Source: Tubiluchus corallicola
Lineage: Eukaryota > Animalia > Priapulida
Assembly: GCA_030141605.1 (NCBI GenBank)
Contig: JAQGDQ010000124.1
Coordinates: 510,490 to 574,489 of the forward strand
Length of the DNA: 64,000 nt
Reading direction: 5' to 3'
A program made the translations under genes and the position numbers. This document shows, one piece after another, positions 26,705 to 41,729 of this stretch. The notes beneath the pieces are model-generated. The model was not told the DNA's origin and did no database searches. It saw nothing but the letters and a program-made list of their open reading frames with translations. Within the stretch, counting starts at the first letter, position 1. Each line of letters opens with the position of its first letter.

Positions 26705-27789
26705 AGAATTTAATAATACCATAATAGAATTTCTCTGTTATTTATGTAGAAAAAACATGATAAATAGCTTGGAGAACGATAGATGTATTACAAAACCTTA
26801 ATTTTAAAACTCGAGAAATTACGTAGAAACTCTGAAGTGAAGACCAAGGAGCGCTTTTTGTCCTTATTTAAAAGAGGACCACAAAACTAGGTTAAGGCTT
26901 CGTGTTTTCTCAATTTTAACATCCAGAGGCAAACGCGAACTATTGATGCAGACACCGGCTGTTGGGTGAGCATCTTTTTATGCTGGCTTTTGTAATGAAA
27001 GGTCTTACACTCAAGATTAAGAAATCATAAGTTTTACCTTGGGGAGGCTAGCCGCTTTGGTTGGACTCAGGGTCCCGTTAGTATAGCTGTTTTTCCTAGA
27101 GCATTCCATGTGTTCGCCGTTCATTTCTCTACTGATTCGTCTTTCATGCAATTCAGAGGAAACCTGAAGAGCTTGTTCGTCACAATACAAAAATTTTATT
27201 GACTACAGTCTTCAACGGAAATCCAGCGACAATCAAACACAAACGCATAAAGTCACTGTAAATAAGTGACCGTCATTAAGTAAGTATTCATTTTTTCACA
27301 TTAAATTTGACAATAACCTGGCTACAACTACAAGTGCAATCATTTTTTACCAGCGAAACATTTTGTCGTTTTTACTACTGTACTCTCATTATCGGCTGCT
27401 CCGCTGACACGTGTCATGTTCTCATATTACTTCGCCTAACAGTCGGGATTACGGGCGAATTTTAACTAAACATTATAACTCAATTAATTGCAAAAATTCT
27501 AAACAGCCAGAAGATATAATTGAGGTAACCACCAATTATAATGCGTTTAAATTTGTAAGAAATTTAATCACGTTTAAAGGAACTAATTTTTTGGTATACG
27601 TGTTGTGAACTTCCTTTCGAATCCCACATTACCAAAAGGGGTGGGTAGTCATTCGTCATGAAACCAGCTCAACAATAATAATTAACATGCTTAACATGTG
27701 AGGCAGCAAGTGCCAGTCACCCAGATAGCAAGCCTAATGAAAAGGCAACTTGGGTTTTTCTGAATTGTCGGCTTTGAGAGCACCAGAAT

Positions 27790-28000
27790 CCGGTAATCCA
27801 GTTGTGCTCGCTTCCTGCCAGGGAGGTCTCTGGTTCAACTCTCGACCGAGTCATACCAAAGAATTAGGAAACCGCCGGTTCTTCGATCAAGCTTTATTGA
27901 TGTAACGTGCAGGTAATAATAACCAGGACCGCCTTGAAAATAAGCGTTGAGGTACTCAAGGTATAATCCCTTGACCATGCCCTAAACGAAATTATTATTA
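27790..28000 (+). mobile_element. tRNA-derived SINE (same family as 1429-1635)
   Basis: B-box-like GGTTCAACTC followed by GACCGAGTCATACCAAAGA; short ATT tail near 27990. Confidence 0.5.
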
Positions 28001-29089
28001 CTTAAAAAATTGATATTCATTAAAACATCAGCCTTATTGGTTATTTTATTAAAGTAATATATTAAGTATGTGACATTTTGTTACTCTACACTCTACACAA
28101 ACGCTAATTACTACTTAAATACACCGTTATAAGTTCTATATAAATATGTAGGTTGAAAGCAAAACTAGTGCCGAATTTACAGAAAAGTGTAATGATCATT
28201 CTCTCCGTCCAGGAGCTTATATGAACACTTTCATCACAGCGAATTGGACGGTGAAAGAAGAAGGCGTAGGTTCGAATCGCAGTTGGGGTGCAAAGGTTTT
28301 CAGAGCTTTCGCGCGGAATCCAAGATATTAACTGCTGGTGTTGCCAGAAATAGCAGTTAAAGGCTTACCAGATAGTTCACTTATAGCTTCACCAGGGAGC
28401 AACCAACGTAAAATTCTGTGGGCCTGCCTCGTCCATTGACAGAAAAAGAACGTAGTGAATACACGCCTAAGCTAGGGCTTTTGTTTATATATTTTTTATT
28501 TCTGTCAACCTTGTGTCCTAAGCATGGATATGCATGATAAAAATTAATATATTAATGGGCAATTTGCGCAATGATATTGGGGTCTCAGTAATCGTCTGCA
28601 GACGTGCAGCTATTATTACTAACACCCACTTTTGACTATGACACTGCACTTGTGTATGTCTCTTATTTTGGCTGACCAGTTATGGCGTTGTGTTTGAAGT
28701 CAAAAATGGTGCACAGGCTGGTCAGATAATGGATGAATGACAAACTTTCGTTCTCACTCAAAGCAGGTTCATGCTGATTCTGGCTGTTTACCTTGTAGAG
28801 GAATGTCGTACTTACATCTGAATGTGATTAAGCCACCTCTGTCAGTTCAGTGGCTCATCTTAGTGGCTTTGCCTTGATAATAAGTGAGGTTCTAGTCTCC
28901 CCATAAGCATAAAATCAGTTTGACCTGCTAATGAAGGCTGGATTATAGCTTGCACGATTCCGAACTGTACAAAAACAATAATTACTGAATAATTTAAATA
29001 GACCCTTTAGTAGCGTTTTGTTAATCGTTTATTTAAAATTTATACAGATGTCATTTTATACGGAAATGACGTGTAGCCCGGTTTGGGGA

Positions 29090-29353
29090 CATTTTCCTGT
29101 GACGCCATAAACACTTCTTAGCAACAGCTTCTTAGTTACCAGAAGAGGGCAGGAACTCGGAGTTGATCAGCAAGTCTACTGACGGAGGTTTGTTAATTTT
29201 TATTTAAACTCCTGAGAAATTACGACTAAAATCGTCAAGCTTTGCGAGACCAGCAGGTTTATGTATTTTCGAGTTCTTCCTTATTTCAGGAAGGCAAGAT
29301 ATCACAGACACTGTTAACGACCCAAGATTTTTAAAGGTTCTGCAAGGGTAAGT
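29090..29353 (+). promoter_or_regulatory. Putative promoter/exon module type A
   Basis: TGACGCCATAAACAC, TAGCAACAGCTTCTTAGTT, acceptor ttatttcag, exon 29290-29347, donor gtaagt. Confidence 0.55.
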
Positions 29354-31164
29354 ACTTGAACAGCAACGCTCTTGTATTGTTCATTTCGAAGGAGTAATTT
29401 GCGAATAGGGAACCCTTTCAGGAAATGGAAAGGTCTTCACCAAGTAATGTGAATTAAATGAAAGCGACATTACGCATTTAGCAGTAAGGTAGTCAGACGA
29501 AAATATTATATTATTGTATAATATATTAATCTATTTATGCTGTACATGTATTTGTGACAGATATTTGTAAGTATCATTAGCTAAGACAGAGACAATTTCC
29601 CTCATTGCAAATATAAAATAGAATTCACCTTGTCACATGCTGTCAAAAAACCTTTGACCACTTCAGCATCCACCAGCAAGTACTTCAGAGTGAAAATTGT
29701 TACATATATCAGCAGGTTCGATAACTATCTGCGGTGTGTTAACATGATCACAGTTGGCACATGATACTGCAGTAGGCACTACAATAACACTGCAGGACAT
29801 TTGTACTGTTTTTACTATATTTATTGATATAATTAACATATTAATATATGTTAACTATTTTTACAATTATCAGGCCCAGATAATAATTACAGTATATCTC
29901 CATGATGTAATAATTATACTTATATTATGATAATAAAAGTAACGATGTTTAAATAGCATCAATCGTGGCAGCAGTGGTATAGACTCGTTTCCCAGAAAAT
30001 TTGTCTTCTCCGACAAAAAGGAACAGAAATTTCACAGAAAATGTTTTTCCGAGAAAAGATAATGCGCAATAAAAAGTAGTTTATTTTAACTATGTGTATT
30101 GATTAATAGGGATCATATAATGAAAAAATTGTCAACTCGTAAAGGCAAAAAAGTAGATCTCGATTTGTAACGTCAGAACGATTTGGTAGGGAATCATGTT
30201 GATATTTGAATATGCACAATAGTGAGTAATCACGGCGTGTGATTCGTTACCGAAGTTAAGCAACGCCAAAGTTGCCTAAAACTGATTTATTGGGAGCCTG
30301 CTTAGGAAAATCACTCTTGGGCTCGCACTCAAGCTACTTTTACTGTGATTCCGAACCATTTCGTTCATTTCTTGTTATGTAGAGAGGATGTAAATGCATC
30401 CGTATGTAACTTTACCAGTTCAGTGTTTCATCTCGCGGAATTACCTTTTTAATGAGCAAGGATCCGGTTCAGTCACAAAAGAACCTGTAAAAAACTTCCA
30501 AAGAAGCTTAATTTATTGGAAAAATGTTGACCCCAAAATATTAACAAATCTGTGTGGTTCTCAAAGCCTTGGTGTTTTCACACTTTTATAATTTCTATTA
30601 TTTATTAAAATATATTTCAAATACTGTGACAATCAATTGAATTTAAAGTGATCATATGCAGCAAATGATTCTGTGCAAATTACTGACAGAAAGGAATTTT
30701 ATCTTAAAACAACTTCAAATTGTACCAACGAAGTTTCAAAACAAAATATTTTTCCAAAACAAAATTTAAAAAAAAAAAATTGATACCTTAAATATTGCGT
30801 CATTTTAAATGATTCCGATTGTTGATAGTCATTAGTCAAAGCACTGCAGATAATTAAAAGATGGCAGAAAGAGAAACAACAAGAGGGAGGGGGAGGTTGA
30901 GATGCAAATACATCGTCCTTCAATGAGATCAGCATGGTGAATGACACTGCACAGTTAGTATTGTATATGTCCTCTATCCATTTACAAACCGTTTTTAGCA
31001 TTGCTTCACTTTGGATGCTAAGTAGTTATCGTGACCACTCGGTTTTCCGTCTTCCAATGGCAGAACTAAAAGCATGCAATACCGGAGACTTATCTGGTAT
31101 GTCTGTGAGATATCTATGACTGCAGATGTCTTCAATATCTGTGGTCAACGACAGTAGACGTCCT

Positions 31165-31312
31165 CACTGATGTCACAAATGTTAGCTCGTCATAAGATTT
31201 GGACGTCATAGCAACAGTTTCTTGGCTATTACACACATTAAGCAGATTGCTCAAAGAGGTGCTTCTATTCTGGGTGGATTCTCAAGTAAAAGCAAGTACT
31301 TTAGAGGTAAAT
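31165..31312 (+). promoter_or_regulatory. Putative promoter/exon module type B
   Basis: TGATGTCA, GGACGTCATAGCAACAGTTTCTTGG, ACACACATT, donor GAG|gtaaat at 31307. Confidence 0.5.
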
Positions 31313-32106
31313 TTCGTTAAATTCTCTTGCAAAACCATGAACCATAATGCTAAAACGTTGCCTCAATCAACTCGCAATCCTTAATCTCTTTCAGAGACCC
31401 ACACCAACGTGTAGACTGGTTTCTTTTCATCCCATAGGTTCTTGGCAGGAAATTCACAGCTCCTTGAAAGGAAAAAAACAGGGCTACACGATAGTTTCTA
31501 TGGCCAAAGCCTTTGTTAGGATGAAAGGTAACGAGCTAGTTTTGCGGGAATGATTTTTTCTGATCTATTCTGCATTATCTATTTAGTTGAACTATTTTGC
31601 ATTTACCGTTTCTAGCGAATTTGGAAGAGAAGACTTGAAGAGAATGGAGCAACACTGATGTACAAGTTTAGTGATTTCTTCCGAAGTACGAAGGCAGAAT
31701 TCAATTTCAATTCAACTAGATTCAGAATAGCAGGTATTCAATTATTTAAAAAACTATTCTTTTTTATATAGTCCTAAACCGTTTCTTGTAGCGTCCTCTT
31801 GGCTCTGGGTGGAGAGATTCTCAAATCACAACACATGGGGAAGACGAAATTAAATTTTTAAAATAAACTTTAAAGTTTCAGAGTTCCTACATCTTTTCTC
31901 TTAAGTATTTATTAATCCTACAGTTCTTCCTACAGAGAAGTGTTATTATTATTTTTATTAAATTTATTATATATATTAAATCTTATTGGTGATTTTTAGA
32001 AGGCATAATGGCTGGTAATCTTCTTAAGACTACGGAGTGTATGCTCAGCTTAAATAATTGAATCTGAATAACAATATGATAATAATTATATCACTACACC
32101 GTTAGG

Positions 32107-33148
<1,042 letters not shown>

Positions 33149-33211
33149 CCGTTAGGCACGGGACAACTTTGTCCAAACTTCTTCATTGCAAATTTTGCGT
33201 GTTGGGAGTCA

Positions 33212-33513
33212 GGACATTCTTGGTGACATCATAAACACTCTTTCTTAGGTCATAGCAACATAGCAACCCATTATTAGTTTCTTGACAGTAGAGCATTTTC
33301 ATTTGCAAAACTGTTGTTGGTGGTTCTGCCGTTATACTCAGACCCTCAATAAGAAAAAAACAAAGGCTTCAAGCTTTGCTACAAACTAATTGGGCTTAGT
33401 TAGTTTTCATTTCTTACTTAGGATCCAGATCTAGAGCCAGGAAAAGACAGGAAATGCAAGAAATCGCCAGGACACAGGCAGCATTATTAGGAGGAGACGC
33501 AGTAAAGGTAAGT
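33212..33513 (+). promoter_or_regulatory. Putative promoter/exon module type A
   Basis: TGACATCATAAACAC, double CATAGCAAC, acceptor ttcttacttag, purine-rich exon 33422-33507, donor AAG|gtaagt. Confidence 0.55.
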
Positions 33514-33867
33514 TGTGCAAATAGGGAGCCTACGCAAACCCGACAAACAGCCCAGGGCCTGCAAGACATACAGGTACACAGATTATAATATTATTTTGCT
33601 TGTTTAACTGGTATGAAAAATATGGCTTTGCTTTGTTCAGGTATTGTGTTGGTGGTTCTTTTTAAATTTGTTCGAAACTTATACCTTATATCCGTGAAAA
33701 CTACATATGAATGTTCAAAAACGCAGTGACATTCCATATGGATAGAGGAAGAGCCAAGCGTGAATTTCAGTGAGAATCCTTACACCTATACTTCGTCATA
33801 TTTATCTAGTATTGGTCTTTCTTCCTAAATCGCACAGCAGCTCTAAAATGGGCGTATGTAGACTATA

Positions 33868-34367
33868 GGCTGCGCCGTAAAAATGGTACAGGGAAAAAGG
33901 ACACAGTAAAATGGCACAGGAAAATGGCGCAGGTAAAAATGGTACAGAAAAAACGGCACAAATGGAAAAGTAGGTAGAATGGCACGTGTTATTTTGATGG
34001 AATTGATTTTATATGAAAACTAGAATTCGCTCAGTAAGAAGCAGATTGGATTTCTATCGAGTAATGGACGAATGTTCCACATAGTGTTTATCTGCCTTTT
34101 TCATCATTGATTTTAGCGGTAGTAATTAATAGACTGACAATAATATGCGTATCAAGTCTATAAGGCTACACACCCAATGAGTAAAGGTTACTCGTGAAGT
34201 GATTTACGAGTGTTTTTTATATGTGGTGTTCGGTCAAGTTTTGCGAAAAGAGAACTGGCGAAACGATTCCAATTTTTGCATTCTTTACCCGCCTTTCTTC
34301 ACAGAGTTTCTGGAAATCTGCTAGATAGTTTTTGAGTAAAGGGCTTACTGCTGTAACAGACGAAAAC
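33868..34367. mobile_element. DNA-transposon-like repeat (same family as 8905-9142)
   Basis: Tandem AAAATGGYACAG subterminal motifs. Internal sequence matches 8950-9080 in reverse. Confidence 0.55.
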
Positions 34368-34559
34368 AAACAACCAAATAAACAGTCAAACCAACTGTGT
34401 TGAACAGAAGTAAAACTAACTAAAAGAATTTAGTTAACTAAAAAACTTTAATTAAATAATTGATTCCTTACGTTCCTTGTGAGTTAAAATAACTCAGTCG
34501 ATTCGTGATAACTTATTTACTTGTAGTTCTTAATTTTTGTGTAGCACAACTGCACTATG

Positions 34560-34645
34560 AGATCGGGACGCACCAAAAACTTTAAAAATGGTACGTGCTG
34601 TTTCTTTACCTGGCATTTAGGGTAAAAGTGGGGTAATAATAGTCT
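34560..34645 (+). mobile_element. SINE 3' fragment
   Basis: caccaaaaactttaaaaatggtac...tacctggcatttaggg matches the body of the 1429-1635 SINE. Confidence 0.45.
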
Positions 34646-36009
34646 CTGTTATGTAGTTGTACACTGCTATTTACAATCGCTTTTTTGGAGCTTATGTTAA
34701 TTGTTTATCCAAAAAGCCGACTTTAAATGAAGATTATCATCATTATCATTATCATCGTCATCATCATCATCGTCATTTTCTAATATCCACAAAGTGACAT
34801 TGATTATTTACGTTGTTTTTTGACGTCTGTCATTTCTTTGTCATAAGATAATGTCATATCAATAAGATATGTCATTTCTTTGGTACGCCACACTGATCCT
34901 TCAACACGTGATATCATTCTGTTGGCATAGCTGCTTATGTTCCTTCAATGTAGCCAGTTCTACAGGTCCATTCATAAAATTAGGTAATTTTTCACTGGTA
35001 CAGCTGGAGTTCATGAAAAAAAATCATAAACTGAATATTTTACAAGATGATAAGTTTATGAGCTATTGAGCTGCAACATGAACAGTACCGTAACCGAAAT
35101 GGTACTGGAATGGTAAGTCTATGCCCATAGTAGTTTTTGGCTAGTTCACTGACAGTGGAGTAAATAACGAACGTAACGTAATGTAATGGAATGTAACGTA
35201 ATGAACTGCAGAATGAACATTAGTGTGAAGTGAAATACAGTGTGACTTGAACAGGAATGTACTGGTTCACTTTCATCATTATGGAGTTTTTAGAAGAGAA
35301 AATTAAAATGTGCGCCGCAAAAAAGTTAGCAGGCCATGGGTACTTACATAAGCGCAATAATTGTCTTTAATAAGATTTTTTAAGAAATTTTGTCTTTAAG
35401 AAATTTTTGAAGTAATATTGCTGTCTTCACGACATCCTTAATGGATTGAAACAACGACGAGTGACGTCGTCCCTATTTTGTAATTTTATGTTTGAATATT
35501 TTGTGATTTTTTTTATTAACTGTATCGACAGGTGGCTGTTACATACAGGCAGGTAGCTTTATGATTTTGTCCTTTAAAAACTGCAGATTAATGATAATTT
35601 AAAGACAGCTGTTGCATTTGCATCTTGCCTGTACTGGGGACTGTTGAGTTGTGGTAGGCAAATTACAGTAAGTGAATATCAAACTATTTGTGAATTATGG
35701 TGAAACCTGCGAGTAATTATAATATGATACAAAAATATATTCATACTTCTGGTCATCTCACCTTCTCTCCTCTGTCTAAGTGATAGTTGCCTCACTTAAA
35801 CCGTATTTTGTTACTGATATGTAAGAACTGGTTCGTTATTAACGACTAATTTAATGATCATTGATAATTATGAAAATGTCTTAGATTGATCCTGTGCTAA
35901 TATTCTTGTTATTGAAGATTTAAGCCTTGAGAGTTGTTAGTGCGAGGTTTTTCCTTCTTCTGTACCAGGCAGACTGCCTAGGTACTTACATTTCTTCCAG
36001 GCTTGTGAT

Positions 36010-36167
36010 GTGACGTTTGAATGACGTCAGAAACGTTTACTCATCGTTGGAAGTCATAGCAGCAGTTTCTTGGTTATACTACACACATTCAGCAGACGAT
36101 GAAGGAGTCCACAAAGGAAGGTTGTTTTGGCTGGAGTTCTTAAGTTAAAAGGAATGACTAGGTGAGT
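36010..36167 (+). promoter_or_regulatory. Putative promoter/exon module type B
   Basis: Perfect TGACGTCA at 36022, GTCATAGCAGCAGTTTCTTGG, ACACACATTC, donor TAG|gtgagt at 36162. Confidence 0.55.
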
Positions 36168-36311
36168 GTTGTGGAAATTTCTTCAAATTCTCTTACTGTG
36201 CCATACATAAACGTATGATTTTCGCTCGTGTAATTTGCCTGTTGATGTCATATTTTTACTTATTAATGATGTTAGTTATATCTGTTCACGTCCTTCTTGC
36301 AGTAGATAAGG

Positions 36312-36500
36312 ATGTAGCAACAGCTTCTTAGTTGCCGTGCAAGGCAGACTTTGATTAGCACACTGCGTGTTGTTGATGGTTCGACTGTTCTACTCAAACC
36401 CCCGAAACCTAAGAGAGAAAGCTCTGATCCTTTTCTAATTTGCAGTCTTACATATTTTTATTTCTTGCGGTATTACAGTACAGAAAAAGCTCGAAACAGC
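36312..36500 (+). promoter_or_regulatory. Partial type A module truncated by a LINE
   Basis: TAGCAACAGCTTCTTAGTTGC...GATGGTTC...TACTCAAAC, homologous to 38067-38150. It lacks its own CRE and runs into the LINE. Confidence 0.45.
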
Positions 36501-36519
36501 ACAGCTTTCGATCTTACAT

Positions 36520-37780
36520 TTCATGAAACCCGTTGTTTCACCATTTTTGGACCCGTTTCAATTTGCATATCGTGCTAATCGTTCCTCAGATGATGCTGTA
36601 GCTTTTGTTGTTCGTGGTATAATGTCACACCGTGATAAACGTTATTGTTATACCAGAATCCTTTTCGTCTATTTCAGTTCAGCTTTCAGTACTGTTCTGC
36701 TACTAATATTGTGTAATAAAATTGCGGAACTTAATATACCTGACTGGTTAGGGCTGTGTAAGTTCGTACTTGAGTTCTTGATAGGACGCTCAAAGGTCGC
36801 CAAGATAACTAACGGAAATACATGTACTACCATTTTCTCAACTTCTAAGGTTGTTAATACAGGAGCTCCTCAACGGTGCGTCCTATCTCCAATGCTATGC
36901 ACTCTCTTTACATATGACTGTGAAGTATCTTTCCGAAATATTATGATGGTAAAATTCGCTGATGATACCACACTGCCTGGCCGTACTTGCAGTAACAACG
37001 AGACTAATTATTTTTTGGAAGTTCAAAATTTAACACGATGGTGCGAACAGAATAATTTAGAACTGAATGTTTCAAAAACAAAAAAAAAATTATCGTAGAT
37101 TTTAGAAAAGATACTGATGGAAAAGCACCTTTGCTTATAAATAATACAGCTGTAGAAATTGTTAAAGATTTCAAAATCCTGAGAATAAAAATTTCAGATG
37201 ATCTTAAATGGGAAGTTAATGTGCTCTGTTGTGCAAAAAAGGCCCGCCAGCGTTTGTATTTTTAAGATAACTTACATCGTACAGTAATTGAGAGCGCCCT
37301 CACTTTTGGAATGGCGCTGCCACCGCAAGGAGATCGCAATGCTCTTGATCAAGCTGGTAAACCGCCTCAAAAACTATAGGAATTGAACAGCAATCTATGA
37401 CATATTTGTATGACACTAGCCTTAACTAGGGTAACAAAGAGAGCATACATAGGGTAGGAAAGAAAGGGTAAGGTAACAAAGAAAGGAATTCCATCCAGAT
37501 AATAAATATTTTGAAATGCTCCCCTCTGATCGTAGATTCCGCTAAATTAACGCTAAAACCTCAAGAACTTTAAATTCTTTCTATCCCGTTGCAATTCGCA
37601 ACAGTAAATTTCAGTAAATCTCCAATATTAATTCTCTATGTCACTGTACAACCGATTGAATTATTTGTGTTAATCTCCTTGTTGTTTCCATAAGTTAACT
37701 GCAGTACGTAAAACACATAAATTTCATTGTATGTATTATGCTATAATGACCATAAATTGCTTACTTACATATTTACTTAC
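36520..37780 (+). mobile_element. 5'-truncated Rex1/Babar-like LINE (RT pseudogene)
   Basis: LDPFQFAYRANRSSDDA, RILFVYFSSAF, TGAPQRCVLSP, KFADDTT and WCEQNNLELNVSKTK; frameshifts downstream; (TTAC)n-like tail near 37760. Confidence 0.9.
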
Positions 37781-38029
37781 CTGCTGCACAAGGGTTTTTG
37801 AAAGCAGACTTTCTCTTTCGTCTATTTTAATTGAACCTAAATGCTTATACAGTGCTGAACTATAGACAATAAAAACAATGCAAAAAATGTTATCATTTCT
37901 GCATTAAATATTTTAGAATCGATTTGTATGAGATAATTTTTGTTAATCCTACACTTCGCTTTAGAAGGCCAATAGGTTCATTAAATTAATGTCTAGATTA
38001 AAATACGTGATTACCGATTTCGCATATGG

Positions 38030-38345
38030 GGTCATTTTCTGTGACATCATAAACACTTGTAGCTCGTAGCAACAGCTTCTTAGTTGCATGAGAAACATAA
38101 TTAGTCAAATTATCGATGATGGTTCTGCTGTTATACTCAAACATCCAAAAAAGTAAAAGACAAAAGCCCTCAAGCTTTGCTGGTCCAAGTGTTCTTACCT
38201 GTTCTTCATTTCTTGCTTAGGATCCAGGATCCCAGATCTAGGAAAGGCAGGAACCGCAGGAAAACTCAGCCACAGGCAGCCTATAAGAGGTCCAAGAGGA
38301 GTGGCAAAGGTACGCACAGAAGTCAAGATTTACAGGTACATAAAA
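38030..38345 (+). promoter_or_regulatory. Putative promoter/exon module type A
   Basis: TGACATCATAAACAC, TAGCAACAGCTTCTTAGTT, acceptor ttcttgcttag, exon 38221-38309, donor AAG|gtacg. Confidence 0.55.
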
Positions 38346-41078
38346 TATTTTTATACTGTTTATTAATGAATAATGAAATATGGTTTTGCCTTGTTCTGGC
38401 GTTGAGTTGATCCTTCTAACCCTTTAAAAACAGTAGTAATTCATGCACTAAGAGGAATGTGAATTTCTGTGTAAAAGAATCATTAAGCTCATATTTTGTG
38501 TCAAGGATTATTAGACGCTTGTACAACAACTCCAACATGTAGCTACAGAGCTGCCTGGAAGAAATCAAGCTATTATCTGTAATATCAGGCTCCAGTTTTG
38601 ACATTTTGTTATGGTTTTTACAGTGCGCACAAAGCGATATTGATAATTTATGTTTTCTTTCGTCACTGGTCCTATCTGCAATTGCTGTCTTTTTTTATAT
38701 AGTTAGTTATTCCGGTCCTTCCACATACTTCGCTATATTTCTTCATCGGCTGTACACCTGGTTTTGCCAGTCCTTTGGCATACTGTGGTGCTGTATAACT
38801 GCAGTTAAAATTCTTACAGAAGAATTGATCCTCTTTCCCATTCTTTCCTGATCTCTCGCACGTTATCTTACATTTTTGTTTCAGGTAAAATTTTGCTGGA
38901 GTAAAACAAAACGTGCGCGTATAGAAAATATTTCCACTAGGGGACAAAATCTGAAAAATTGGGGTCGGGAAGAGAAATACACCAAGTGTCAAGTAGTACC
39001 ATGTAGTATTTCAAATGAAAGCTCTTGATGAGACGAATCGATTGGTATATGTTACAATGAAAATGGCTAACCTGTGAACCCTCTGGGGGACAAAATATGG
39101 GTTGAGGAGACAAAGGCCTCCAGTATCAGCCGATCTAGCTAGTAGTACATTAAACGAAAGGTCTCCTTGAGATAAATTGAATGGTATAAGTTATGCCGAG
39201 ATAGGTTGACCTCTGACCTTAGGACACGGGTTGAAAAGTTACAAGTTGCGATTTCAAGTGCTGTTCCTATGAATTCAAGCAATGCGAATTCTATAAAACA
39301 AAGTTAGACTTTCAAAGAAAAGGCTGACATCTTTTCAGTAACCATTCTGTAACTACTGTTTCACAGTTTGGCTTTTCTGTCGGATATAGGGATGTTTAAT
39401 TGGTGGGTGTTCATAACACTGCAGTATATGTATACGTGCCTACCCTTAAAACAAGCAAAAAACAAGCATACTGCATTTTGATTTAAACGAAGCTATTTAA
39501 AGCTGAGCAAGAAACTGATAAAATTTAAGGATTGCTACAAGAAAGAGAAATTGCCACGTAAAAGGGTGCATACTGCATAAAGAGACATTACCACGTAAAA
39601 ATTTACGGTGTGCAAAAGTTGAAGGGCAAGAATACACAATTCTTACGTAAAGCTGAAAAAAATTTGGTCTTGAAAATATATATCACGTACATAACATGCT
39701 GGCTTTGATTGCTTGCATTAGCAGTAGCGCTATATAAAACGTGTAGTTTTAAATTCCTGCGCTGACAGGACAGCCATTTTAAGGGTCAATCGTTGAACAA
39801 GTAATTTAAGCAAGTCTAAATAACATCGCGTATTATTACCAAGAATTTTCTTTTCTATTTACATACGTCTTTCAAACAGGAAGTATAATGCTGAGTAATA
39901 TAGCTTTGTATGGAAAGTTTTTTGAGGCGTATTTAAAAATTGCCTTTTAAATTCCAAAGTACTGAGATCAAACTAATTAGTAATGGCGTAAGAAAAGGTC
40001 AGTGTACACTCTTAGCAATGATTGTGAACTTCTATTTCCGTTTAAGCGATTAGTTTTTTCATCAAACCAGTTCGTCAGTTTTAGTTTAACAAACTATTTT
40101 GATCGTGTAAACAGTGAAAGTAACAAACTTTTTGTTTGACAAACAAAGTTTGATGGTATCAAACCGTCCTAAGTTCATCAAACAAAAACCAACAAACTCA
40201 GACTCAACAGCCGCGCTCTCATTACATTATATCGATTGCTCATTTCGTAGCGGGGTGGGGGTGGGGGGCTGAAAATTTTGTCATTAATCCAGCAAGTGGT
40301 ACATATACAGCGATCAACGATACAACATGATATTGGAACTTGCAGGGTAGAAACAGTGGTAATAGAAAATAGATTTTGATTTTGCTCAGAATAAAAAAAA
40401 AGAAAATTCTGATTTTGCTGTACAGTTTCTATCAATGAACGAAACAATTTGTGAAGAATCACTTTGTTATACAATATACAGGCTTTGGTTAGATAAACTG
40501 AACTTCTTGCAGTAAATAGTCAAACCTCTCAACGTTTAAATCTTTGAAATTAGGTTGTAACTGTCCTTTCTAAATGCTTCGCTGTAGTTATTTTTCCATT
40601 TAAACTTTTCTAACTCTTTCTTGTCCAATTTCTCCTTTTTTAATCGCACAAGTTAGCCCAATATAGACAACAAAGCACGTCTGCACATTGGCGCCATAAC
40701 TTGACTGACACTCCTCGCTGAATAGTTATTATAACCTTGATAATATGTCGTCTAAATACTCGTCGGTTTCGGTTTTTAGACTGGCTGTTTTTGTTTGATT
40801 TAAAAATTGATCGATACATTTGTTATAATTTTATTCTTAATCTGAAATCTTTTGAATTATATCATCAATGCCGCTGAGGTAAAACCAACCGAACTTGACG
40901 CACAGGTAGGAAACCTAACATTAGCGATGGAGCGTTACTAGGTGCCATGATGTTGATATTGAAGGTTGGCAGGAGTCGAATCACTGAGGCATCCAACAAG
41001 AAAGTTGATGGAGGTAATAGCTGTATCGTGGTATATCACGGCAGGGCCAAACTGCAGTGTAAATCCATCCAAAACGTT

Positions 41079-41634
41079 CATGGCAGGGCCTGATCACTGT
41101 GTGCATGCATTTCACGGCAGGGCCTGATCACTGTGCGCCTGCATTTCACGGCAGGGCCTGATCACTGTGTGCATGCATGTCATGGCAGGGCCTGATCACT
41201 GTGTGCATGCATTTCATGGCAGGGCCTGATCACTGTGTGCATGCATGTCACGGCAGGGCCTGATCACTGTGTGCATGCATTTCACTGCAGGGCCTGATCA
41301 CTGTGTGCATGCATGTCACGGCAGGGCCTGATCACTGTGTGAATGCATTTCACTGCAGGGCCTGATCACTGTGTGCATGCATTTCATGGCAGGGCCTGAT
41401 CACTGTGTGCATGCATTTCATGGCAGGGCCTGATCACTGTGTGCATGCATTTCACTGCAGGGCCTGATCACTGTGTGCATGCATTTCACGGCAGGGCCTG
41501 ATCACTGTGTGCATGCATGTCACGGCAGGGCCTGATCACTGTGTGCATGCATTTCATGGCAGGGCCAGATCACTGTGTGCATGCATGTCACGGCAGGGCC
41601 AGGTCACTGTGTGCATGCATTTCACGGCAGGGCA
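41079..41634. repeat. 34-bp minisatellite, about 16 copies
   Basis: Unit cacggcagggcctgatcactgtgtgcatgcattt. Confidence 0.95.
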
Positions 41635-41729
41635 TGAAACATAGTGCACATAACCGAAAAAACTGATGGGGCAGTAGCCGCTCATTTTCGTAATTTTTAG
41701 TTTATTTTGTGATATGATAATCATAATAA

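Noticed and set aside
28225-28290. tRNA gene (GGTTCGAATC B-box)
   Set aside because: No cloverleaf or acceptor stem; probably a decayed SINE head.
41079-41634. CRISPR-like 34-bp repeat (also the 25-, 32- and 37-bp arrays)
   Set aside because: Head-to-tail repeats with no unique spacers, no cas genes and a eukaryotic context; these are minisatellites.
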